Assembly: GCA_051294905.1 (NCBI GenBank)
Contig: CM119377.1
Location: forward strand, 10,664,001-10,728,000
Reading direction: 5' to 3'
DNA: 64,000 nt
Source: Botryllus schlosseri
Lineage: Eukaryota
A program made the position numbers and the translations under genes. Positions 29,901 to 40,256 of this stretch are shown one piece after another. Below the pieces are notes generated by a model. It worked only from the letters and a program-made list of their open reading frames with translations, was not told the DNA's origin and made no database searches. How positions within the stretch are numbered: position 1 is the first letter of the stretch; each line of letters begins with the position of its first letter.

Positions 29901-32900
29901 CGCACGGAAAGGTCTTCCGAGAACGAACGACGGCGAGACCGCCGCTGGTAATTTACGCCGATGAACAATCGGGAATTGTGATGATGTCATTTTTGCGACA
30001 ATTTATATGTTAAATTTGATGCTCCTCGCGCGTGAGATTCTACTCGAATTATATTGCATTTTCCGGGCTGTAAACGGAGATAATCACACGTTTTCCTGGC
30101 TGTACCCGGTGCTCGCGACAGCCGCTTACTTGTAATTGCGATATAATCGCGGCCGTTCTCCCTTATAAGGAATTATAGTGCTGCCGCGTTGCGATGCGTG
30201 CGTTTCACGGAAGTTAGCTAAACTTTCGGTTGTCCTATTTCGGGAAATGGACTGAATGTCATTTTTTTATGAACAGATACGAGAAGGACAAAGCGAAAAC
30301 TTGACGCGCCGCCGTATGCCGCGCAATTCGGGGTCGCCGTGAGCTCCACGGACTTTGACGAGGTAATCATTCCACGCTTATCTCTTTGCAATCGCTTTGC
30401 TTGTGTAAAAGCCCCGAATGTTAGTCGTGGAAAAATCTACAAAGCAGACAGAAGCAGTGAGGAAGTCCTTGATGGCTCCCGAGTCGGTTCAATCGTTGTA
30501 TTTATGCATAGAATGCAGCTGACAATCTCCTGTATCCAAAACTTTACTGTCTGTTAAATCGTTTTGGAATTGTCTGTTACTGCATTGATATATTCGGTGC
30601 TTGTTTGTGTTAGAAGAGAATTGGTTTTGCAGCTTGATAGATGCCATCGCAATTTTTGATTGAATCTGCGCATCGCAATCCGTAGCAAATTAGGACTTGG
30701 TTTGACCTTCGGATAGTTTCAATTATGACCATCGACTAACCTTATCAACATAGTGCAAGTCGACTTACTGTCCCAATGCAAGTATTCAAATTATAACTCG
30801 AGGCTAAAAGCTTCCATCATAATAACATACCCTCGACGAACGTGCCCACGACCTGTGCCGGCTATTTCTCGATACACGCACTAATAACAAATTGGTTGAC
30901 AAGAAAACATGGAATTAACGGCCCTGCCAGCTGGACTTAATCCTCGACCCTGGACCTTACATTCTGCACGGCGAACAGTTTCAAGCACAATCTTGCTTAT
31001 GAACTCGTTGGAATAATTAGCGGCGGAAGATGGTCATGACCCGTATGCAGATGTGGTCAAAGTATTAATGGTTGGTGATCAAGTAAAACTAGAAGCAGCG
31101 ATTCATTGTCAAAGTCAAGTTAATTCTTAAAAGAATGAGATCGGTTGAGAACTGTGCAACATCTGGCTACCCCATGAAATTGTGAGGATGTCCGAACAAA
31201 CGATGGACAACAAACAAATAAGTCCCAATTTCAACCAGTAGAAGCAAAGTTATTGATGTTCAAAATTTAAGATTTAAAATCATAGTAGGCCTATATACGG
31301 TGGTAAATCAATAATTATTGAAGAATTTGCGACCGTAAATAATTTTTTGTGCTTCAATAACCATTATATTTACTTTATAAATAAATCCAGATTTTTTTAC
31401 TGCAATAACTTCGCTTCCGCTAGTTGAAATTGAGCAAAAATTAGTGTGCATCGTGTTTTAATGTAACCTAACAATTTTATCAAGTAGCCTGTAAAATTTG
31501 AAAAAGAATTTAATTTTAAACAGCCGTAGTGTACAGGTCTTCAGCATTATTTTCAGGAAATCTGGAAAATAGATTGGTATTAATTTACTGGCGTTTCGCT
31601 CTAATTAAACGAATGAGGCAACTAGAATTTTCTACCTCTCCAAGTCGCGTTAATGTCGATGTCACATCGTTACAACCAAATAGGCAGACGGCTGCTAATC
31701 TGTAATGTAGGATTCCATGGGTCTGCAATGTAAGGGTTCATAATGGGATTTTTCAACGAAGGACTAGCCAACGTTTGGGATGTGACGCGATTATCGTGAG
31801 ATTAATGGCTTGATACTGTGACATTGCCGTTTTTGTTTCAGTCTGACACGGACTCGGAAGATACCAGCGACAGCGATAGCAGTTTTATGTTGGGCTCCAG
31901 CACGCCCGAATCTCCGTTGAACGACGACGAACCGCAGTCATTCCAACGTCACAATAGAGACTCGAACCCGTGTTCTCTCAGGTCGTCAGGTAAGACGCCC
32001 GTTATAACTACTCATGTTAATGCATGATGCAGTAGTTAATCGCTCCGAATCCTATGAAAATTTACCTAATAAAGGTGATGTTAACTTACCCCAAAAACAC
32101 TATCGACTTAACAGAATCCAAAGTCAAAAAGTATGTAGCGGGGCCTACGATATTTAAATATCATAGGCCCCGTATGTAGTTATGCCAAAAATATCTTCAG
32201 CAGAAATGGAAGTAATCTGAAATCATAACTGCCGGGACTTGGGTATTCCGAAAACTTAGAAGAGCTTCGCCACTGCTCAGTGCTCATCTATGAATTTGTA
32301 TGCGACCTCGAAGTTTATAGACCACCCTCGGCGTATCCCTCGTTATTTATTATTCCCACTCTGTTGTGCTTTCCGAGCGAACCTGTTTTGTCGCGGTTAA
32401 ATTTTACAAGGGTTTTCGGCGCGTGAACATGTCCGGCTGGTAGATTTTATGTAGCGATGCGCCTCTCGCCTGGAGGCGTCGCTTCTTTAATCCTGTGCGT
32501 TTTAATTGCGCGTAGGTTTTACTGGTAATTGGCCGCGCCAAGGTGATGTTTACTTAACGCGAAATCGACCCGAGTATAGGTTAAATTGCCCATACGTTGT
32601 CCGACGAAGATTGATACCCGCAATTAGATTTGTTACGCGGTTTAAATATCTCGGCTTGGTACGCGATTTCACCGTGTAGTTCATGATGCAGTTTGCTGGG
32701 CCAATCGCATTACGTTCATTAGAAATTGGGATTGCGTTTTTACTGTTACCAGTGAATCTGGCATGTTGAAATTGGCTTTAGAAACGTAATAACTATTATT
32801 ATTATGAAACGGATGCATCAATCAATATTATATCAAAGTATTAATAAATTCGAAAATGATTATTTCACTGAATGTTAACGTGAATTGTGAATAGTAATAC

Positions 32901-35900
32901 ACGTCACTTGGTCAATTCGTCAAATTGAATTCGGCAGTCCGCGCTCGGTTTGTAAGTAATAATGTATTCGGATTAGGGTTGGGTTACGGTTAGAGGTTAG
33001 CTCAGGAGTTCAGTGCCAAATTTAACATGCCAAATTCACCAGGTGCCAAAATCACTGGTAATCATTTTGCCGATTACCAGAGAACCCGGCCCTTGGAGAA
33101 CCCGGCCCTACCAACTCGGCCCTCGGTCAACCCGGCCCTTGGAGAACCCGGCCCTCGGAGAACCCGGCCCTCGGGAAATTTTGTATATCAAGCACGCGTG
33201 GTCTACTTGTGGTATTCATGGTGTTTTTCGACTACTCTGGACCTCGGTGAATGCGGCCCTCGAATAATTATGCATTAAATGTGATATGATTCTCAGGTAG
33301 GGAACAATCACGTGCCGTGGTAGATCTCCCAGTGCGAGAGCCTGATATCGAAGAATCTACCACGCATGCTACCGGTTCACCATGATTGGTTGCCAGGGAA
33401 CTCGGCACTTGGAGTTTGATGCCGCAGCTTTGCAGCATGTGGCCTAATATCCCACCCCGGCAACCCTAATATCCCACCTCCGGCAACCCTAATATCCCAC
33501 CTCCGGCAACCCTAATATCCCACCCCTGGCAACCCTAATATCCCACCCCGGTAACCCTAATATCCCACCCCGTGAACCCTAATATCCCACCTCCGGTAAC
33601 CCTAATGTCCCACCCCCCGAACCCGAGGAATTCACCGAGGGCCGGGTTCCCCAAGGGCCGAGTTGGTAGGGCCGGGTTCTCCAAGGGCCGGGTTCTCCGG
33701 CAACCATTTTGCCTGCTATGTCATTTCATGTTAGATTCGGTTGCCAGACATATGAGCATGCGACACAATGGAAAACGACAGTTGAGCATGGGACACTTAG
33801 CGTGCGTCACTTAGCGTGTGACTTTATAGCCCCAAAACTAACCCTAACCGAAACTTAACCCTGAAATTAACTGCTATATATATATTAACCCCAAGCCTTA
33901 CCCTAACTCCAACCCCAACACGTAATTTAACCCATATGCTCATGTGTCGCATGTTATAATGTCGCATGCTCGTGCTCATATGTCCATGGACCAGTAGATT
34001 CACTTATTCACATACCTGTTTTGCGTGAAATGCTATACCCCGACCAAATCCACATTTTGAAACTAACTTGAGTAATTTTGAGTTCTTTTATTTATCGCTT
34101 CAACTTGAAGTAGTTTTGACACGACTTGGATATCGCTACTTGTACTGTAATTTAGCGACGTTGCTTGTACGTCTACGTAATTAGTAATGGCGCCACCTCT
34201 GGATTCGGGATGATATTGTAATTTGTTGCAACTGAGGACGGGCCGTTGTCAGTGCGCTTGCTGTAATCAACCTGTGCAAAAGCACTTCCAAATACGGCGA
34301 CCTGAAAGGTTCCGTGTATTCTCAGGAACGTCTGGCGTGTCGTCGGGTGGCGCGGACGAAAATGATCCGTCCAATGCGAAAAACAAGTCGTTTCACAGAA
34401 ATACGTCGACTGTGCGTCAGAAAAAAGGTACGCGCCGAAATGTCATTTGTTTTCGAGCCTCCAAAAACAGAGGTGGTAATTACCGAAGCACTTATACTAT
34501 TTCCGAGTGCTCAAGCACGTTTTGCCTGGTAGCGCTTCTTTTGGTTATGATTTTCTACTACTTCCACTTCTATCTGAACAAGTTTTAGCAAAACTACTCA
34601 CTCTTTACAGTTTAGATATGGTGAAAAGTAGATCGTAGTTTGGGGATTTCAGAGTAGGGGACATCGTCTATAACTTTAGGGATATATCTACTAATCTTCT
34701 GCCTTTTTGCAGTGTAGTCAGTCGTTTTGCATGAGACGCCAAGATACATGTTGCAATTTCGCTTCAAAAATTCATGTGGTATTGATGGCGCACTGCGCTG
34801 TCACATGATGTAGGCCTCTATGCATTTTGATGGATGTAACAGTGTCTTGTCTCTAAATTTACTGTCATCTTTCTTTTGATAATTCCTCTCTCTTCATTCT
34901 CTTACTCGTATTCACCCTTCATCGGGTCTTAGTAGGTGTATTTGGCCCGCGGGCCTTATAATGCCCAGGTCTGAGGTCGGATTCGAGTTTTGGTTTGGGT
35001 AAGGGTAAATTTTGGAGTTAGTTAAAGTGTTATTTATTCACATTCTCGTGTCTCGCGTTCAAATGTCAGACTCTTTGATTTTCCATGAACCCGCGTCATT
35101 TCCCTTTCAGTTCTTCCAGTCGAAATGCCAGACTACTCAGCGTCGGGTGAGACCCGATACCGCAAATTCTCCTCACGTACCGGCGGTGTGAAGCGCGCTC
35201 ACACCTTCTCGGCCAAGTCTACCGAACAAGAAAACCCGCTGTGTGCGGTGCGGCCTACTTGGAGAGAGTTGCGGGCTAAGGCTGCTAAGAAAGCGGCGAT
35301 GGCATTTGAAGACAGCGATGAAGTATTACCTCTGCCGCCACGAGCGTTGGTGGCGTCACCGCTACGGAAGATACATGAAGACAGGGGATGGACGCAGATT
35401 CAGAAACGGCCTGATGACTATCCTCGAGGACAGGTATACTGTCAGTTTAAAGATAATGACTTGTGACTTTTTCGCCAACCGGTTCGTGGGCCTGTTGCGA
35501 ATATCTGTTTCCGTATCACTTGGGTTGGGCGCTATCGAGCGCCCGAGTCATTCTGTTCTGAATCGAGTGTGAGGCTTTGAGACGAGTCTAATATTTGACA
35601 TGGGTGGTCAAAATACTTATCGTTGGTACTCAAGTAGAATTTATAGTAGCAAATTCTGAGTGTGTGAAAAAGTAACTATTCTAGGCCCAGTAGAAATAGT
35701 CCAACATTGTAAGTAACCACTTGAGCTAGTAGTGCGAGTCGCTAGTGAAGTAGAAGTAACATCATAAATTTCTCAATTGCTCAATTACAAGCAAAAGTAG
35801 CGATTTTCCAAGACGTGCTAAAACTACTTCAATTAGTAGAAATGATTTGTCTGAAAAGTATGCAAGTAGTTTTTAAAAGTGGTTTAGTATTAAATTGGTA

Positions 35901-37790
35901 GTGGCCTTATTGCGATATTGCAAGATGAATTGTCACGATAACAAAAAAATCTGTGATTGATTGTTTACACCTTTTTTCCATCAATTCCTACTCTCTGCCG
36001 ATTGACGTCGCGATGTGCGTAATATGTGTACATCTCGTATCTCGAAGTTCGTGCAATAGCTGTGAAGAGCTGTTTGATATGCAAGCCTAAGTGGGGGCAC
36101 ATTTGCAAAAGTAGCCGTTATTTATCCGCACCTCAACTTTGCTGTACAGTAAACACTGCGGTATGTACGAATCTAAACCCATATGCAGATTCCCAGGAAC
36201 CGTAATATATATTTCATCAACTCCGCTAATGAGTAACATGTGAAATCTGCTCTACAGGGATTTTTAAGTCGCGAAAGAGTGCAGTATGTCAGTATCACCA
36301 CTGACGAATTGATCACAATACGCAAAAAGCTCGTCGCTCACGATCTGGAACAATATCAAGACAGGGGGCAGCTGTACTCTTTACTAAAGAAAGGAAAGGT
36401 AACATCATCTTCCTTCTAACAGTCCCTGGCATCGTTTTGATATTGTGAAAACCTTTTCATATGAAAGTTAACCTCTTTATTTTACAGATATGTTTCAACT
36501 GTCGCGTGAGAGAATTCAATATCTTTTGGTGGGCAAGAAATTGTCAAATCTGTGAACAGAAGATATGCTCCAAATGCATGCGTAAGGTAATTGCGTTTAC
36601 TAATACCAGCACTGGTCATCAAAATGAACAAAAAAATTCATTAGCAGAACTTTTAGGAGCCATTACTGGGGTTTTCAAAGTTGCTGATTACGATCACTTT
36701 ACTTCCGCCATATTGACTCTAGTTTAGAAGATACTTATACCTCAAGAAAAGCCCAAAATTGCTGTATTCACCCTTGGATATATCATTTGATAGGAAGTAA
36801 ATCGTAGCTTTTTCAACACATTCAGAATCGGTGCCTTTTAGAACCCCCTAAACCACTCTTACTTTGTTTGCCTAAATATGTGTGTTGGTGTAATCTGTAA
36901 AATATCAATAGCTGGTGTAATCTGTAAAATATCAATAGCTGCCCTGACTTACAATGTCTTCTGGTATTAGGTCGAAACGCCGTTCGGCAAGAATCTCGAG
37001 GCGAATGTACAAGATTTAAAACCGACGCTAGCGACGGAATCGTACGGCTACAAGCAATCACATTCAGCGCAACAAAGTAGCTCATCAAGGTAATGATCAG
37101 TCACTCTCTGGCTTTGAAGATTCGGTTAATATTTTAATGATGCGAGCATGATAAAGTGTCCTCATCTGAATTTTCTTAGGCCAAATCCCCAATCCAGTCA
37201 AAAAATTTCATTGCATGCTCAATGCCAGTTGAAAATTTGTGCGAAGTTGTCACAATTTTTTCACTGTGCACGAGTACAGAATTGTGCATGACTCGACTCG
37301 TTATATATGACTTACTGTAGTCTCGTATATCAGGAACGATAGTTGAACCTTATGACTTGGGAAGGATTGCAAATAGTCAAAACCTCCTAGAGTATTGGGA
37401 AAAAGTAAACTACTGACCACTTCCGGCAATGACACCGTTCCTAATCACCTTTGCAGGTCATTTGGTATGTCCTTGTCGGCACTGCTGGACCGAGGCAACG
37501 GTCAACAGACAGGCTCGCCGAAAAGACCACCCACATCAGACTCACAAAAGTTGCGCAAAATGGACGTATGCGAAGCTTGCCAAACGCTGGTTGTCCGCGT
37601 GTTGGCGTCTAACGAATCGCAAACTAACGCCAACCACTTGCCCGGCGGGGACTGTCTCAAACGGTCCTCCTCCAGCGTAGGCGGATTGCACCGCCCCACG
37701 AAAACACTGGCCCGATCGAGCACCAGCGTGGGCACTTCAGGTATGCAAGGGTTGCGGGCCCTAAGTAAGTACCGCCCGATAGAAACGTAG
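8773..37790 (+). CDS. SPIRE: Protein spire homolog (actin nucleator), 15 coding exons: 8773-8991, 13674-13895, 15716-15841, 24057-24146, 24348-24497, 24574-24666, 28587-28776, 30277-30362, 31842-31989, 34326-34427, 35111-35433, 36258-36398, 36488-36586, 36971-37089, 37457-37790; about 813 aa
   Basis: KIND (LNEEQIWAVCYQ; DEGYE; HYLAVCRAL), four WH2 repeats (DLRVGVKLKKL, DIKQRNYRLKKI, EFIRSRPTLKPI, EQIQEPPLPLRHV), Spir-box-like RKLDAP, DELITIRKKL..LKKGK, modified FYVE CFNC/CQIC/CSKC/CEAC. All phases close into one 2442-nt frame. A very short extra exon in intron 1 cannot be excluded. Confidence 0.93.
12682..12717. mobile_element. 36-bp palindromic micro-insertion with 7-bp TSD
   Basis: CGGGGCCTACGATAA-GTTAAG-TTATCGTAGGCCCCG flanked by GGTAGTG on both sides. 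Confidence 0.8.
13674..13895 (+). CDS. SPIRE: Spire coding exon 2 (KIND)
   Basis: LIDAFGRVLFEASDY...LERLIERMT...DEGYE...WEILKK; phase 0-0. Confidence 0.92.
14662..15036 (+). CDS. Candidate alternative Spire exon (or alternative first exon, ATG 14686) encoding a two-segment hydrophobic region
   Basis: Stop-free 125 codons, acceptor TTTGTAG at 14661 and donor GTAAGG at 15037, both phase 0; codon style similar to the Spire exons. Confidence 0.55.
15716..15841 (+). CDS. SPIRE: Spire coding exon 3 (KIND C-terminus)
   Basis: LCEEHLDKPSKANEHYLAVCRALITEAVDLKSFLEKVSTAGE. Confidence 0.93.
17343..18004. mobile_element. 662-bp near-perfect palindromic hAT-type MITE in Spire intron 3
   Basis: TAGGGCTCTTCAAAAATGAC...GTCATTTTTGAAGAGCCCTA; perfect 8-bp TSD GCTTACAC; older partial relatives at about 31290-31530 and 58915-59115. 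Confidence 0.93.
24057..24666 (+). CDS. SPIRE: Spire coding exons 4-6 (24057-24146, 24348-24497, 24574-24666): linker and WH2-A/B/C
   Basis: ...LNFTEW/AHLWIQVVSDLRVGVKLKKL...LTPYEILMSDIKQRNYRLKK/IAVNGG...HEVILEFIRSRPTLKP. Confidence 0.95.
25554..26696 (+). pseudogene. Harbinger MADF/Myb-SANT DNA-binding protein gene with BESS-like C-terminus; 3 exons (25554-25692, 25755-25917, 26207-26696); premature TAG at 25653-25655
   Basis: MYDFEETLISLVRQHVHLYDQSTKSYRKSSLRE*SWTSIGKALNIP/AEEAKAKWDSLRQKY...SGAGA...W..QKQMAFIEPYVQSRT/TSSN...DELDYFARFITGSMK; GT-AG introns in phase. Confidence 0.88.
26777..27641 (-). pseudogene. Harbinger (HARBI1-like, DDE_Tnp_4) transposase pseudogene with internal deletion/frameshift and a nonsense codon
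   Basis: WVHPIL..R...GEYHRL, FDYFRM, VSVEERLAVTLRFLAHGDS | SDGGIF, YVFVGDEAFPL, PYPG, * (27089-27091), YNKRLSRARRVVENAFGILVQRFRIL, ICCLHNF. Confidence 0.93.
28587..28776 (+). CDS. SPIRE: Spire coding exon 7 (WH2-D)
   Basis: IKNRILGPPPPRSKSLHELLLEQIQEPPLPLRHV...; donor GTGAGT, phase 1. Confidence 0.9.
29265..29283. mobile_element. 19-bp palindromic micro-insertion with 7-bp TSD
   Basis: GTGGAAG-CATGGCCTA-C-TAGGCCATG-GTGGAAG. Confidence 0.72.
30277..30362 (+). CDS. SPIRE: Spire coding exon 8 (Spir-box-like)
   Basis: TRRTKRKLDAPPYAAQFGVAVSSTDFDE; phase 1-0. Confidence 0.8.
31842..31989 (+). CDS. SPIRE: Spire coding exon 9 (Ser/Asp-rich)
   Basis: SDTDSEDTSDSDSSFMLGSSTPESP...; phase 0-1. Confidence 0.8.
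32139..32172. mobile_element. 34-bp (17+17) palindromic micro-insertion with 7-bp TSD
   Basis: TATGTAG-CGGGGCCTACGATATTT-AAATATCATAGGCCCCG-TATGTAG (one arm mismatch). Confidence 0.8.
32926..33080 (+). mobile_element. Short Helentron/HINE-like element
   Basis: Sub-terminal inverted repeats TGAATTCGGCA (32926-32936) / TGCCAAATTCA (33028-33038), internal GGTTAG-like repeats, terminal stem-loop CTGGTAATC-8nt-GATTACCAG. Confidence 0.55.
33080..33697. mobile_element. MITE-like element with modular TIRs (GAGAACCCGGCCCT units) and internal minisatellite
   Basis: GAGAACCCGGCCCTTGGAGAACCCGGCCCTACCAACTCGGCCCT is mirrored at 33638-33697; no TSD recognised. Confidence 0.75.
33443..33622 (+). repeat. Minisatellite, 8 x 22-23 bp (CCTAATATCCCACC[T]CCGGCAAC)
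   Basis: Eight units counted directly. Confidence 0.95.
33698..33982 (-). mobile_element. Second Helentron/HINE-like element, opposite orientation
   Basis: Inverted CATATGAGCATGCGAC (33749-33764) / GTCGCATGCTCGTGCTCATATG (33961-33982) enclosing TAACCC-like repeats; similar architecture also at about 60-240. Confidence 0.5.
34326..34427 (+). CDS. SPIRE: Spire coding exon 10 (symmetric phase 1-1, possibly skippable)
   Basis: TTCTCAG/GAACG...AAAAAAG/GTACGC; GTSGVSSGGADENDPSNAKNKSFHRNTSTVRQKK. Confidence 0.65.
35111..35433 (+). CDS. SPIRE: Spire coding exon 11
   Basis: Inside ORF 35125-35466; phase 1-0; donor CAG/GTATAC. Confidence 0.75.
36258..37790 (+). CDS. SPIRE: Spire coding exons 12-15 (36258-36398, 36488-36586, 36971-37089, 37457-37790): modified FYVE and C-terminus
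   Basis: DELITIRKKLVAHDLEQY...LKKGK/ICFNCRVREFNIFWWARNCQICEQKICSKCMRK/.../...MDVCEACQTLVVRVL...stop 37790. Confidence 0.9.
36886..36939 (+). repeat. Perfect 27-bp tandem duplication in Spire intron 13
   Basis: TGGTGTAATCTGTAAAATATCAATAGC x2. Confidence 0.95.
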
Positions 37791-39487
37791 CACTGTGTTG
37801 CGTGGTTGCTATGTCATGTCTTCCGGAAATCTCGCGTATTCTTATTGAACTCTGTAATTTTTTGATTTTCGAGCGTTATCGACTTTTTTTTATGAAGCTG
37901 TGACGCGGTATCGGGAATTCAAATCTCGAGATAGTTTTGCTGGGCACCGCGTAATAAATGCAATACAACACACGATCCTAACTGTACTGATACCAATGGG
38001 TCGTGATGGAACCTATTTATATTAGCAATGCTCGGTGTAATGTGTAGCCTACCTACTTTTGAAGGCGGCAATGTAAGGTACTTTTGAATATTGTTTGTTT
38101 AGCCGCGCAGTATTGTGAAATCTGCCGATGGATATTGGATATCTGTACACAAGTACAGTCTCTGTGATATGCTTGATAAAGGTCCGGTTTCGGTCGCTCG
38201 GTATTTCTGATTTGCATTATGACATCATATCTGTGACGTCAGGACGTGATACTGGTGATTTCTTTACCTCCCCCAAAGAACACAATTTTGTAGCTACCGC
38301 ACCGAAAGCAGCACTAGTGTTCGCAACTGAAGATTGCTTTTGTACATCGATTTTACGGTGCTATTTCATTTTCTTTTCGGTACGCTTGTTTATTATGTAT
38401 TTATACGCTGGTACAGCTGGCCTGGACCATTCCTGTGTTTAACATCTGCGTTATCGCTGGGCCAACTCACCCCCCTTTCAAATGTTGTGTTCGTATGTTG
38501 TCACTTTATTAGTGTCGTTGCGTTACCGCTACAATTTTTTACCCTGGCAATCCCATTTGTCAGGAGAATTAGGCCGGTTTGCTGACTGATTATGTGGCGT
38601 GATGAAAGTACCGTCGTTATTATTCGTGAGAACTGTGTTTATGCTGTGTCGACTATCGTACAAGCGCTGGTGATTTTTAGTCAGGCGATGTGTTTGAATG
38701 TACTTTTGTGGAAATTATTTTCTCTTACTTTTCGAAATGTGCAACTGAATAATAGACTTAACCGTGTCGATGACTCGTGTTGGATCTGACGTGTATCAGT
38801 AGTTCCAAAAGTGGGCGATATCGTCCCCTGTGGACGATTCTGAGAGGCAGAGGGAGAAAAATACGACGAGGTGTATATGGGGCGACACGTTCGAAGGGGG
38901 TCATAGGCGAGGTGCTAATAATAAGAATGCCCACAAACTTATATGCAACCAATTTTGGGTTTCTCGTCAACTAAAATTTATTATATCAATGGATGTTGAT
39001 AGAGTAAGTCGATGCTTGAGTCATCCCGGCCCGTGACAGATGGAAAGGATCAAATCGGGGAAGTTTCATTCAATTGAACTTGGTTGTGAATTGTCTCCGC
39101 AGCAACGCACGTGCATCCAAAAATTAGTGCTCTGCATCTAAAATCTTTTGGAAGTAGTGACACAATACAAACAAAACTACTTGGGTAAGTGAAGCAAGTT
39201 GATAAAACGTGCTTTGGTAGGCCTACTATGGAAAAGTAGATTATGATGACGATGACCTCTAGCTTTTACGGGGCGAAACAGTCCGGAACCACTGATCTAT
39301 ATAGAGGTAGCGTAGTGGTATGTCCCACTCTCCCACAGCTGAGCTAAGACATCATTGGGTTGCGAGGTCGACTCCAGAAAATTCCTACTTCAATGTTTGA
39401 GCTTTATCTAGGCTGCTCCTCGCCATGTGATCCGCGTAAGCGGTGTCTTGCAAAAGCCTATAGGACCAAAGTTGGCCGTGCTGCTAG

Positions 39488-40256
39488 TAGGGTTACCATA
39501 TTTTTGAAATCTAAATTCCGGACGCTCTTCAGTGCCCACTAGCGGATTTCAAAATGAGGTAGGAGCAAATTGTGGATCAATATGACGTCACACCCGCAAA
39601 GCTTTGTCTATCGACTAGAGGTGGTAGAGGTAGAGGTTATAACCAGGACCGAGACCACATTTTTTCAGCCCCATCCCGCCCAAATAAACACTGATCTTGA
39701 GCCCATCGTAATCGATGCAACTTCTCGGGTTTACTATATGCATCTGGTCGTTAAATGAATTATGTCAATAATATTGGTTCTTCCATATATTACTATATAA
39801 TTTGATCCGCTCTCCGCCCATGATCAGAGTTTGCGGTAGAGCTGGTGGAGGATGATGACTTCGAAAATGCAAGGAGCGTAATTGTACTTCGTTAAGTCAT
39901 GTCCAAACGGCCTACATCGACTCTATGAAGATACCGTTATCTTGTAATTGCGATAACAATTAAACTCATTTCTGTAACTGAATGTTATTTTTATTTATTT
40001 TTGATCGCAGTTTTGCGAGGGTTGTCGTTCCCATATTAAGACCAATATATGTGACACTAAATAGCGCGCAGCGCGACGTAAAACTTCATGTAGCATAAAT
40101 CGGCCCCAAAATAATATTTTTTACCTTGATTTAGAAAAAATGAGCTTACTTCAAAATTCCGGACATTTATGCATATTTTAGAAATTCCCCCCGGACGCAG
40201 TTTTACCAGTCAAATTCCGGACATGTCCGGGAAATTCCGGACGTATGGCAACCCTA
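39488..40256. mobile_element. 769-bp TIR element (TAGGGTTACCATA...TATGGCAACCCTA), hAT/Blackjack-like termini, 6-bp TSD
   Basis: TSD TGCTAG (39482-39487, 40257-40262); TTCCGGAC subterminal repeats; partial inverted copy at about 50690-50880. Confidence 0.85.

Noticed and set aside
33013-33814. Pro-rich ORFs (PGPWRTRP, NPNIPPP)
   Set aside because: By-products of the MITE's modular TIRs and minisatellite.
38334-38789. Hydrophobic 150-codon frame with one stop downstream of Spire
   Set aside because: T-rich UTR-like sequence yields F/L/V/C-rich translations; no ATG start or family motif.
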